IMG/VR virus record: IMGVR_UViG_3300037297_000216
Source: an uncultured virus (IMG/VR IMGVR_UViG_3300037297_000216)
Taxonomy: Duplodnaviria; Heunggongvirae; Uroviricota; Caudoviricetes; Crassvirales
Length of the DNA stretch: 64,000 nt
Strand: one strand, 5' to 3'
The position numbers and the translations under genes were made by a program. Of the stretch, positions 18,894-29,632 are shown piece by piece (position 1 is the first letter of the stretch; each line of letters begins with the position of its first letter). The notes under the pieces were generated by a model that had not been told where the DNA came from, did no database searches, and saw only the letters and a list, made by a program, of their open reading frames with translations.

Positions 18894-19662
18894 TAATAAT
18901 ATTTAATATAATACCAAACACTATCAATTAATATCGCATCATATAAATCAGTAACTGAATCATATTTAATTTTTGTTCCCCTATCTCTTAAATAATCTTC
19001 ACACCTTTTCTTTATATATATAGTATCAACACCTATCTCTTCACGAGTTTGTTTAGCATATTTACCTGTATATAAACTGCAACAGGCAGATATTAACAAA
19101 CTACAAACTATTATAAACTGTATAATTTTATTTGTTTTCATTCATTAAAATATTACTTATAAAAATTAATACAATAAAAGACATTACATCGTCAGCAGTA
19201 AATTCAACATTTAAAAATCTACCTATAATATAAATAAAAAAAATACTTATTCCAAGACAATACCCTACAAACTTACTAAAATTTATTTCCTTAAAATTAT
19301 CATATACCCTTTTAAAAATATTATCCCTGTGAGGAGGAACAATTATTTCATCTATACAACCTCTATTTTTTATTTTCATACTTAAACCCTTTAGAATATT
19401 CATCAATATACCTACTTACAAAATCTTTTAATTGTTTTTTATATTCATCTATATTATTATTAAAAGCAGCTCTTATACTGGGATTTAAATTTTTACCACT
19501 AAAAACTTCTTTAGTATATTCTCTAGCCTCTTGTAATAAATCAGAACCTTCAAGCATTTGTTGGTCCATTTCATCAAATTCCATTAAAGCATGAAAAGTA
19601 AAATTAGAATATTCTTCACTTTCTTTAGCTTTATCTCCAGCACACCATTGTATTAATTCCAT
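18893..19662 (-). CDS. Three small hypothetical proteins (18893..19141 signal/lipobox-like; 19128..19406 membrane; 19363..19662)
   Basis: Overlapping operon ORFs. Confidence 0.5.
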
Positions 19663-19802
19663 TATTTTTTCATTAATTCTTCATATAACCAAGCTATCAA
19701 CTCATCGTCTTCAACATAATTCTGATAATGAATATTATTTTTATCCTTATATAATTTTAAAGCTTCAATTACTTTATCCCTTATCATCTCATGTCTATTC
19801 AT
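19662..19802 (-). CDS. Small hypothetical protein (46 aa), probably leaderless
   Basis: MNRHEMIRDKVIEALKLYKDKNNIHYQNYVEDDELIAWLYEELMKK; ATG 9 nt after CGTA of promoter motif; TAATG overlap. Confidence 0.6.
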   Translation of the reverse strand: MNRHEMIRDKVIEALKLYKDKNNIHYQNYVEDDELIAWLYEELMKK

Positions 19803-19811
19803 ACTTATATG

Positions 19812-19837
19812 TACGTTAGTTGTATAAAAAGGTTACA
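19812..19837 (-). promoter_or_regulatory. Putative late promoter TGTAACC-N15-CGTA
   Basis: Same motif, spacing and orientation recur at 20614-20639 and 20868-20893. Confidence 0.7.
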
Positions 19838-19851
19838 TTTTTGTAATAAAA

Positions 19852-19873
19852 AAGTCCTCTTAATTGAGGACTT
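19852..19873 (-). terminator. Intrinsic terminator
   Basis: aagtcctc/gaggactt stem with T-run on minus strand, just upstream of the promoter motif. Confidence 0.6.
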
Positions 19874-19897
19874 GGTTTAAGTAACTAGATTTAAAAG

Positions 19898-20766
19898 TTA
19901 TCTTCTTTTATATTTAGGACAAAAATGAGGTATTCCTTTACCACTAACTTCCTTATCTTCTAATAAACAAAATGAAAAATTATCTTCATTAACACTAAAA
20001 TATTTACACTCACTGCAATTTCTTTTTTTCATGATATTTTCCTCTTAATTTACTTGACTGCTTTTTCATACAAAACCCATAACATCTTTCAGCTAATTCA
20101 CAATTTTCACAGTCACCACCAAATTGATAATCAACCATAAATAAATTTTAAAGTGTTATACATTTTTTTGCCTTTCTTATGGGTAAACCCATAATGACGT
20201 GATTCTTTTCCTTCAGTAATTTCTAAGAAAAGACCTTCACCCTTATTAATAATTTTAAGATCTATATTTTCATTCATTTTAAAAAAGGATTATCTTGTTG
20301 TTCAGGTTGACTTTTGTAGAACTCATTTAACTCATTCATTTTTTCAGTCAATAAGTCTTTTAAAGTTGCCTTATAATCTTTACTCAAAGAGTTCTTAGTA
20401 AGGATATCTTCAAGTACTTTAGCTTGATGTACTACATCTTTAATTTTCATTATAAATTCTTTTAGCTTCCTCATAACCAAAACAATCAATAAACATATCT
20501 TCAGTACTCTGTTCCGCTTTTGTTATTAACTTTTCAGAGAACCTAGATTTAACACCTTTAGTGTTATGATAATGATACTTTAGATAATCATTTATTAGAT
20601 TCATACTTAATTATACGTAAAAAATAAAACAAGGTTACACAATTTAATCTTTTTTTACTATTATCACACCTCTGCAAGGTTTTTTAAAACTCCCTAATAT
20701 CAAGCCTTTATCTTTGTCTATTAAGACATACCTTTTTGTCATAGGATTTCTTACTTGTACTTTCAT
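19898..20766 (-). CDS. Cluster of tiny ORFs (19898..20032 Cys-rich; about 20010..20138 Cys-rich; 20274..20450; 20440..20604; 20644..20766)
   Basis: Consecutive 40-60 aa ORFs, e.g. MKKRNCSECKYF..., MNLINDYLKY..., MKVQVRNPMTKRYVLIDK... Confidence 0.5.
20614..20639 (-). promoter_or_regulatory. Putative late promoter TGTAACC-N15-CGTA
   Basis: Identical architecture to 19812-19837; ATG (20604) 9 nt after CGTA. Confidence 0.7.
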
Positions 20767-20804
20767 ATTTACACATATATTTATATTAACATAAGGGGTC
20801 CGTT

Positions 20805-20852
20805 CCCTCCCCCTTAACAACCCCCTCCCTAATACACCCCCTATAATCCCCC
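20805..20852 (-). repeat. G-tract cluster (four G5 and two G3 runs on minus strand), G-quadruplex-competent
   Basis: Plus strand ccc t ccccc ttaacaa ccccc t ccc taataca ccccc tataat ccccc. Confidence 0.75.
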
Positions 20853-20867
20853 TTTCTATGGGGATAA

Positions 20868-20893
20868 TACGATGACACTTAACAAAAGGTTAC
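20868..20893 (-). promoter_or_regulatory. Putative late promoter GTAACC-N16-CGTA at head of minus-strand block
   Basis: Third copy of motif. Confidence 0.6.
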
Positions 20894-21145
20894 GTTTTTT
20901 CCTGACTTTTTTTAAAAATTTTGTTATAATTTTTTGCAACAATATGTTTAGGAGAGAGTGTGTCACCCCGCTCAACCTCCCCGCACTGCGAATAGAGCTG
21001 AAAGTACCCCGTTGAAAAACTTAAATTTTGACGGAAAACAAAAGCATGCTTAAGTAACAGAAAAATCATAAGCGTATAGTCCCAAAGGTTGGGGCGGCCA
21101 TACGCAAGGGGTTTGATGCAAACTTAATCAAACTATGATTTACTT

Positions 21146-24100
21146 ATGATATATCAACCCCCTTTATCCCCCACTCATGGGGGAACTAATTTGTCACAAT
21201 TTGATAACTTAAACTATACAATCATGAATGGCACAATTATGGTAGTAGACAGAAAAACTGGTGAAATCAATGTAGTAACCAAAGAAACTAGTACACCTAA
21301 TGCAATCTATTATAACAGGCAAAAATATAATGCTCACCTAGATTGGGCAGCAGATCATATCCATAAGTTTGGTAGATTGTAGTTTGAGGTTAGAGTTTAG
21401 TATAGAGTCAAATCAGTTTAAAGATTAAAGAAAACAAAGTCCTAATAATTAATAAACAATAAGGGGCAGCAAACTGATCCCTGACTCTTTACTTTTTTAA
21501 CAGACATACGCTCAACCACAACTGACTTCGATGTGATAGTAATTAAAATTACTTACACCTTGAATAAATCAAGAATAGATAGTACAAATAATAATTAAAT
21601 CATTAAATTATGGAAGCTCCAGATTATGACTGTTTTACAATAGATGACGATGTTTATCAAAGATTTACTGAAACTTGGCCTCATCAACTTGTGAAGAATG
21701 GTTGTGAAATTATAACCCACTACGAATACAACCAAGCCTTCGACAAAGCTCAATCACAATATTTCAATCAAATTAACTCTTTAAAATAGCTAATCATGAA
21801 TACAGCAAACGATTTAATCAAACAAATAGAAAATAGACAAATCAGTCTAAAAGAAATAATCAAAATACTATTCAAATTTGGAAACGACTACTCTGAATGG
21901 TATTACAAAAATACAGATTTTAATTGGCAAGAACCACCAGATCAAGAAAAAAAATCTGAATTCTTGACCAATTGGATAAACAAAAACATCATGTAAAACA
22001 ATTATTTAAAACATAACTAATTTCATCCAACTTGAAAAAATATACAATAAAACATAATATAACATAAGCAGAAATAATTATTTACTTAATTTAAAATACA
22101 AAACAATGGAACAAAAAACTGAACGACACACAGAAATTGTCAATAATGTAGAAGTATCCATAGAAACTCATCCCTTCAGAACAATGAAAATAGTTGAAAT
22201 AGGTGACATTGACGAATATGCTGAAATACCAGGTCTTAATCTTTCACGAGCATACATACCATTTCAATGCCTAAGCTTAGATTCAATCATTGAAAATGAC
22301 GAAGGCGATACATTCACCGGAACATCCGTAAAGGGTAAGACTGAAACTATTTTTGAAAGCAATTCACCTGTAACATTTGAATGGTTATCCAACCGAGCAA
22401 AAATACAACTTGCAAGTGGGAAGACCCCAAAAATTAACATGCAAAAAGTTGAAGTTACAATACCTCAATATTATCTAAGGGTGAAAAATCAAGAAACAGG
22501 TAAACTTGAGATACAAAAAGACAGCCTTGGTAACCCAGTAGTCCTCAACACCATAACCTTCCTAAGGTGCGAAGATGAAAGCATAAATGGTCGAATTCGT
22601 AGATCAATGAAAAACTTACAATTCGTAGTACCAACAGCGCCTCCCGGTGAAGAACAACAAACTCCTACCGAAAAGGCTTTCAAAGCTGAAGCTTCTGCAG
22701 AAAAGAATAAGAAAAGTGGGGACAAATAGTCCCTCTTTTTTTGAATTTGTTAAAATCTAAATAGCTACTAAATACAATAAATATCAAAAAAAATATGAAA
22801 ACAAGTGAATTAATTGAAAAAGGTTCGAGCATCTTAACTAAAAAAGAAGCTATAGACTTAATTAATAAAGGTGTTATACCTCAAAGAGAATATCATTGTG
22901 AAACTTGGTTAAAATAAATAATTATGCCTAAAATTATACATCTGATACATCCATTAATACAAAATTGGTGGTTTGAAGAAAATGAAACAGCAGAAGTCAA
23001 ATTAGCTGAAGGTATAACTGAAGTAGCATTAAAAAATGGTTTAGATATAGATCAAATTACTAAAATATTTCCATTTATACTTCGTATGTTAAAAAGTACA
23101 AGTCCATGGGCGGATTAACATCACATTTTTATCCTAAAAATCCAACACCATTTGTAATTGTAATTCTCCTAGTTTTAGTTTGGTTATATATAAAATTTCC
23201 TGTTACATTAGCAATTATGAGTGGTGTTTCTTTTATTATTATACTCCAAATAATTAAAAAATCATGAATACAAAAATAACATTTGAAAAATTGCAATATG
23301 GTACTTGTGTTATTACTGTAAAAGGTAAAAATATGTATAATGATACATTCATTCGTCAGGAGATAATAAAAGAAACTGCTGTTTTTGAGGCATTACAAAA
23401 AGCGATTGAAAAAAAACGAAATATTATGACAGCAAAAGAATATTTAGAAAGAGATAATAAAGTATGGAAAAAAATTGATGACATAAACTTAACTAAAGCA
23501 ACTATGATTGAATTTGCCCAAAATTATTTAGACTATATAAGTGAAACTACAATGAACGAAGAAATAACAGAATTAATAAAAAGATTGGAAACTGAAATTA
23601 GCAAAACACCAACAGGAGAACTACGAAATTTATTGTGTGAGGCAAATATAACTATACAAGCATTAAATATAGCTGTTAATAAGGCACATATGTCATTAGC
23701 AAAAATGAAGTTAAAAATAGAAAAACAACAGAACAACATCATTTAAAATAAAAAATAATGAAAAAATCAACAATTTTAGCTTTTATTGTTATATTAGCAA
23801 TAATAATTACGGCTATTTTAATGAATAGCTGTTCAGTAAAAACAATTCATACAAGTACATCATTTGATGAAAAAATAATTAAACTTGCCTATGAAGCAAT
23901 GAAAAATGAAGAATACTCTAGTGAAAGAGTGTTATTGTCATTATCAATATTAAAGAAGCTAGATTTAGAGTATCTACAAGCTGAAATGTCAATTGAATTA
24001 ATAAATAATTTTGTTAAAAAAGCTATAAAAAAAGATATTATTAATTTTCAAAATAACGAAATCATGAACATAAAACAACAAACTATTTTAAGTCAACAAG

Positions 24101-24780
24101 CTTTAGAAATGATAACCAAAACATCTAATGGACCTGGGAGAGGTAAAGTTTTAGATGCTGGGGGATTTAATAAAAAGGACTATCAACGCAAACGACAACT
24201 TAATAAATCAGAAAAATATTACCGGCAAGTTGGGTTAAGATTGATGCAAAACTTATAAAAATATAAAGGATCATACAACGTTCTTTGAATCAGTGAATAA
24301 AAATTAATATAGAAGGTGTTTTTTTGACTTATATTTTCTTTTATAACCGGTATTATTGTAAGAATTATATCTGTAATATCTTCAATGATACCGGAGTATG
24401 GTCCTTTATTTTTAAAATATTAAAAATAGAAAAAGTTATTTAGTTCTTTTATAAAATAAGAAATCAAGTGGCTTTTTTAATTTTCTAACTATTTAAATCA
24501 AAATTTAAAAACAAGTAAAATGAAATTAAAACAAAGGATAAAAATAACAGGCCAATTAGTAGAAGACAAAAAACCTACTACGATATTAGTGACAAGCGAT
24601 TCTATACTAGCTATGCATACAGCTGAAGAATGGGCCAAAGAATTCCCAGAAGCTGCTGTTGTAGCAAAATGGGGTTATTTTAAACCTGAAGAAATATCAT
24701 CTGCAAAGAAAAAAGCCCTTAGTAATTTGTTGGGAGTATTATGTGCTCCATTAAATTTAAATTCATCACCTTTAAAATAA
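21146..24780 (+). CDS. Early-region hypothetical proteins (21146..21382; 21610..21789; 21796..21996; 22106..22729; 22924..23118; 23264..23746; 23758..24258 lipobox-like; 24520..24780)
   Basis: ORFs with A-rich non-SD leaders typical of Bacteroidota translation initiation; no recognisable domains. Confidence 0.55.
22717..22742 (+). terminator. Intrinsic terminator
   Basis: gggac/gtccc stem followed by T-run. Confidence 0.6.
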
Positions 24781-24786
24781 ATAATT

Positions 24787-25182
24787 ATGGCAGAAATAAG
24801 TATACAAGAATTAGCTGAAACTTTAATGAACCTTACCACAAAACAACATATTCAGTTAAAGAAAGAACTTGAAGAAGTTCATGGTTTAGAGATGAATTTA
24901 CCTCAAACAACATCAATGCCAATCAAAGAAGAAGTAGTCAAAGAAGAACCAAAAAAAACTACTTTTAATGTAACATTGAAAAGTTCTGGTGAAAAACATT
25001 TAAGTGTAGTAAAAACCTGGAAACAATACAATGAGAATCAAAACATGAATTTAAAAGAAGCAAAAGAAATAATTGACAGTGCTCCAGTGATATTAAAAGA
25101 AGGTGTTTCTCAAATAGAAGCTGAAGAAATTAAAAAGCTACTTGAAGAGGTAAGTAATGGAGTTGAAATAATTATTGAATAA
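24787..25182 (+). CDS. rplL: Ribosomal protein bL12 (L7/L12), full length
   Basis: N-terminal dimerisation helices (LMNLT..LKKELEE.HG), hinge, CTD KTTFNVTL, LKEAKEIIDSAPVILKEGVS..EAEEIKKLLEE. Confidence 0.88.
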   Translation: MAEISIQELAETLMNLTTKQHIQLKKELEEVHGLEMNLPQTTSMPIKEEVVKEEPKKTTFNVTLKSSGEKHLSVVKTWKQYNENQNMNLKEAKEIIDSAPVILKEGVSQIEAEEIKKLLEEVSNGVEIIIE

Positions 25183-25187
25183 AGAAA

Positions 25188-25252
25188 TTAATCCTGTTGA
25201 AGTTTAAATATGAATTGTTGGGACCCGGGTTCGACTCCCGGCAGCTCCACTA
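25188..25252 (+). ncRNA. ssrA: tmRNA acceptor piece (tRNA-like 3' half) of a permuted two-piece gene
   Basis: GAC-ccggg-TTCGACT-cccgg T-arm, acceptor strand CAGCTCC, discriminator A then CTA; upstream strands pair with coding piece. Confidence 0.88.
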
Positions 25253-25515
25253 AAGCTGGGAACTATTGTTTAATAAATAGAGAATGATATTGATTGATGA
25301 AGTATATCTCCCAGCTTTAAAATATACCATTTATAAAGTAACAGTTAGGGGAATAAGTCGAAAATGAGCCAGTGCACTTACCAGTTAACAGAAATGTTAT
25401 TATAAGTAATACTATAAATTATAATACTATAAATTATAAAGGTAATCAAAAGGATGAGGCTTATTTCCAAACCTGTTAAAAATTAGTGTTTGTTAAATGA
25501 ATACTTTTAAAATAT

Positions 25516-25664
25516 GGGGCTGAATTGGTTTTGACTGCAAGAATTGTTTAGATGTAGGGATTAACAATCGAATAGCTGACAACGTTATTCAATTAAATAC
25601 TACTAAGTACCAAGTTAGACTTGTTGCATAGTGACCCTACTCCCCGGGAATATAGGGGAGTTTC
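25516..25664 (+). ncRNA. ssrA: tmRNA coding piece (5' end plus tag ORF ADNVIQLNTTKYQVRLVA* at 25575-25631)
   Basis: GGGGCTGA..GG..TTGAC 5' signature pairs with CAGCTCC including G3.U70; A-rich resume context; tag ends LVA; terminal hairpin actcccc/ggggagt. Confidence 0.88.
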
Positions 25665-25687
25665 TAATTACTTAAATATTTAATATT

Positions 25688-26632
25688 ATGGCTAAAAAAT
25701 ATTGTATATCAGTAGATAATTGTTTTCAGTGTCCTAATTCTGAAAAATACGATGAACATAGTGCTTATTTATTTAACGAAATGAAATTTGTATTTCCTAG
25801 TAAAATGGGACAATATTACTGTTGGGGACTAGGTAAATTTATCAGTGAAGATATTAACGAATACGAAGAAATTCATCCAGATTGTACATTAGATGATGAA
25901 TAAATAATTTATTATTATGAAAAAAAAGAAAAAGAAAACAAAAAATATTCCTCAATTAGATAATGTTATTAAAACATTTACTGAAGAATATAAACAGTCT
26001 TTAATACCTTCTGAAAAAACAATAACTAAAACTCCTATATATAAAATAATTCATGGAGAACTAAAAGAGGTAGGAATTAAAATAAAGAAAAAAGGTATTA
26101 CCAGACGAGAACAAAAACTCAAAAAAGTAATCAAAAAAGCTGCTAAAAAGATTGTTCTAAAAAATCAAAAGAAACGATAATTTATCAAAAAAAGTAATAA
26201 AATTGAAATTAAATGAAAAAAGCAGAATTAAAAAAATTAGCAACAGAAATGATAAAGGATTATGAAAATCTTATCAAAGAACTTAAATTTCAATACAAAC
26301 CTAATCAAATCATTTCATGGAAAGATATTGAAGATAAAAGTACATTATTTTCTTCTCGATGTAAAGTATGTGTAAAATTTTCGAATTCTTCATGTATATT
26401 TAATTATAACAAATCACGATGGACTGATTCTGGTCCTGCTAACTGTGCGAGACAATCTACTTATCCTGTTAAAAAAACAATAACTCATTTTCGTATAAGA
26501 AAAAATAAATGGCAAGACTTTAAATGTTTATTAGATAATCTTGCTCCCAAGTCATTTAAAAATTCAAATTTTGAAGACATTCAAAAACTGGCACATAAAA
26601 TATTTAATCCATTAGAATCATGTGTGGAGTAG
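25688..26632 (+). CDS. Three hypothetical proteins (25688..25903 Cys-rich; 25917..26180 basic; 26213..26632)
   Basis: ORF track. Confidence 0.5.
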
Positions 26633-27102
26633 TAAGAATAAATCAAATAAACTATAAACCAGGTAGCATGTTAAAGGTATTAACATCTAGTGGTAAAAAA
26701 GAAATGAAATGGGGCATTAGTAAAACACAAATAGTTACGAAAATAGGCAGAACTGAAGAAATTAACAAAATATTATATAATGCCAGAATAGAAACTGTTT
26801 TAGAAGGTAATTTCTGGAATAGTATGATAAAAAATAATTGTGTACTAAAAGTAGATGGTTTTTATGAAAAAAATCAATATTTTATACCTCATTTTCATCT
26901 TCATGATTTGTGGTTACCGGGGCTATATAATAATGAAAACTCATTTGTTTTACTTACTCAAAATGCAGGCCCTTTAGTAAGAAATTTTCATCATAGGCAA
27001 CCTATATTATTATTTAAAGATAATATAGATGAGTATATTCAAGAAGGAAAACTTCTTAAAGCTCTTTCTCATAATAAAAATCATTTAAAATTATCGGCAT
27101 GA
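26620..27102 (+). CDS. SRAP (YedK/HMCES-like) abasic-site processing protein
   Basis: N-terminal MCG, MKWG, YNARIETV, GFYE, FHHRQPILL. Confidence 0.82.
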   Translation: MCGVVRINQINYKPGSMLKVLTSSGKKEMKWGISKTQIVTKIGRTEEINKILYNARIETVLEGNFWNSMIKNNCVLKVDGFYEKNQYFIPHFHLHDLWLPGLYNNENSFVLLTQNAGPLVRNFHHRQPILLFKDNIDEYIQEGKLLKALSHNKNHLKLSA

Positions 27103-29632
27103 TTAAAATTAGCATGATACTTAAAATAAAAAAATTGTTGCAGATTTCGTTACTAAAAGTAATAAGGTTGATCCTCTTAAAGAGGATTGCCTTATTACCT
27201 ATTAACGATGAAACAAATGAAATTATTACTTTAATAAAAGTAAAGAAAATAAAAGATTTTATAGGTAAAAGATCATTAGTGATTACTGATTTATATTTAG
27301 ATGTTAAAAGTATAGAAGAATACAAACTAGAAGCAAAAATACTAAAATTATTTAGAACTTTACAAGCAGGGTATTCAAGGAAAGGTTATTCTTATATTCT
27401 TATTCCTGCAGAAAATATTAAAGTTATTAATAAAAAAGTTTTGCCTTTAATTAAAAATAACTTAATTATAACTATTTTATTAAGTTGTGATTATAAGCGT
27501 AATCACTTAATTAATTTTACTTTTGGAAATACTGCTTTAACACCAACAGTTTTAAAACAATTATATTATATTAAAAGTTTATGAAAAATTTTGGAAATAA
27601 AACTCATCAAACAATAAAAATAAGAACTTTAATAAAGTACTTATTTGGTACTTTTGGAGTTGCTAACTCTAGGGTAAAAAAAATTATAGGTAAGTCTAAA
27701 AAAGAATTATTTAAAGAATCAATAGTAAATAATAATCTTCAAGACATATATATAAAAAATCCTGACCTATAATAGTTTACAAAATATCTTCAAAAAACTA
27801 TTAGAATTTTTTAATAAAAAGAAAATAAAGCAAAAACAAATATTAACAAATTAAATAATAAAACAATGGAAAATACAAATTTGGATAAAACTAATTTTGG
27901 AGATAAACTCCAAATACTTGAATTATTACATCATATTACCTATTCAACCTCTTCTGCTTACACAGAAAAAACAAAAAACGAACTGACAGAAGCTGTTAAT
28001 ACCATAGCTCATGAAGTAGCTGTTGAGTTACCTGTATTTTTAGGAATAGCTTCAAATATTAATAAACCTAATAAAGAAAAAGAATCAAAAAAAGAAGAAG
28101 TTACAACATCTAAATCAACTACAAATTCTGTTGTAAATACTACTGAACAATCATCTACTACAGAAGACTTAACCAAGAAAGTTGAAGAAGAACCGGCTAC
28201 AACAGCTCCTGAGACTAATTTAAATCCTCCTTCTACGGATGATGTGGTTAATGAACTTGGAGGAGAAGAAAACTCAGATGATGCTGAAGAAATTAGTGAA
28301 GGAGAATTAATAACTGCTATTATCAACAATGAAGAAGCAGTTAAAAAGATTAAAGAAACTACTATTGATAAAAATGAAAAAGATATTCCTAATAATGTTA
28401 GGGAAAGTCTAAAAGACGCTCTTATCAAAAGTGGTGGAGAAATTTTTCAAGTATCTAATCCAAAAGATAAACGTGAAAGAAAAGCTAAACGTGCTGAAAT
28501 CAATGAAGCTTTAACTGAAGTATTTAAGATTTTAAAAGAAGAATCAAAAAGAGAGGAACTTTCAATTGATAATCCCGAAAGTCAGCCAACTCCAGAAATC
28601 ACTTCTTCCACAAAAAAGCCTGATTCTGATTCTTCAAAACCTACTGTAGAAAATACAAAAGTGGTAACTACAGAGGAATTGCAAAATAATTCTAATACAA
28701 ATGTAGAAGAAGTAGTTATTGCGGAAGAATTAACAGAAGCAGAAATAGATGCTTTTGTAGAAAAAATTAAAGCAACTAAAGATCCTCTCAAAGAAGTCAG
28801 ATTAGAAATGGAAAAAAGTTTACAAACTTTAGGAGGAAAACTTGATGAAGAAAAGTATAAAAAGTTTAAAAAAAGATTTAGTACTTTGATAATCAAAATG
28901 GCAGAAACAAATAAAAGTAATTACGGAACATTTTTAAATGGAGGAGCTGCTGAAAAAAATAGAGAAAATGTGGTAAAAAGTTTCCTTAAAAAGACAAAAC
29001 CTGCTGTAATTACAGAAGGAAGAGATGGTAAAATAGTTTTTTTATCATAAATTAACATTAAGATATTTCTGCTTGTTTTTATATATTGAAGTGTAAGACT
29101 AGGTATAAAAAATTGTCTAAAAACTATGCAAAGATGTTTAACCGATAATAATATTAGGTATTCAATCACATGGTATAAGGCTAAAAATATTACTGAGTCT
29201 TACACTTTACTTATAAAAATTTATTAAAAATTTAATTATATGAGTCCAGAAATAGAAAAAATAAGATCAAAACTAAAAAAGGCTTCTCTTATTCTTGCAA
29301 AAATGAAATTTTCAATAAGAGAATTAGAAAATACTTTAGTAGTAGCAGAAGATTTATCTATATTAATTAATACTGATGACTTAAGAAAACATCTTCAAGA
29401 AACACTTTTTGCTTTAAAAGAAAAAAGAATAAGAATTGAAAACTATGTAAATGACCAAGCCTTAGAATTAGTAAATCATATTTGTCCCTTATCATTAAAA
29501 GAATTAGAACATTTTAGTCATTTATCATCAAAAGAAATAAAATCTAATTCTATGATAATCAGTGATGTAGAAGGAAATCTTGTAATGATAGATTTAGAAG
29601 AAGGAACTGCAGAAATTATGAAAGATTTTTAG
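27099..29632 (+). CDS. Hypothetical proteins (27099..27584; 27581..27772; 27866..29050 acidic low-complexity; 29240..29632)
   Basis: ORF track; A-rich leaders. Confidence 0.55.

Noticed and set aside
25221..25252. Stand-alone tRNA fragment or attP-like tRNA 3' end
   Set aside because: Better explained as the tmRNA acceptor piece given pairing with 25516 onward; no integrase in window
25345..25475. Possible type II hammerhead ribozyme in the tmRNA spacer (GAAA ... GATGA flanking a stem)
   Set aside because: Core reads GGATGA rather than CUGANGA, and no convincing stem III or cleavage triplet was found
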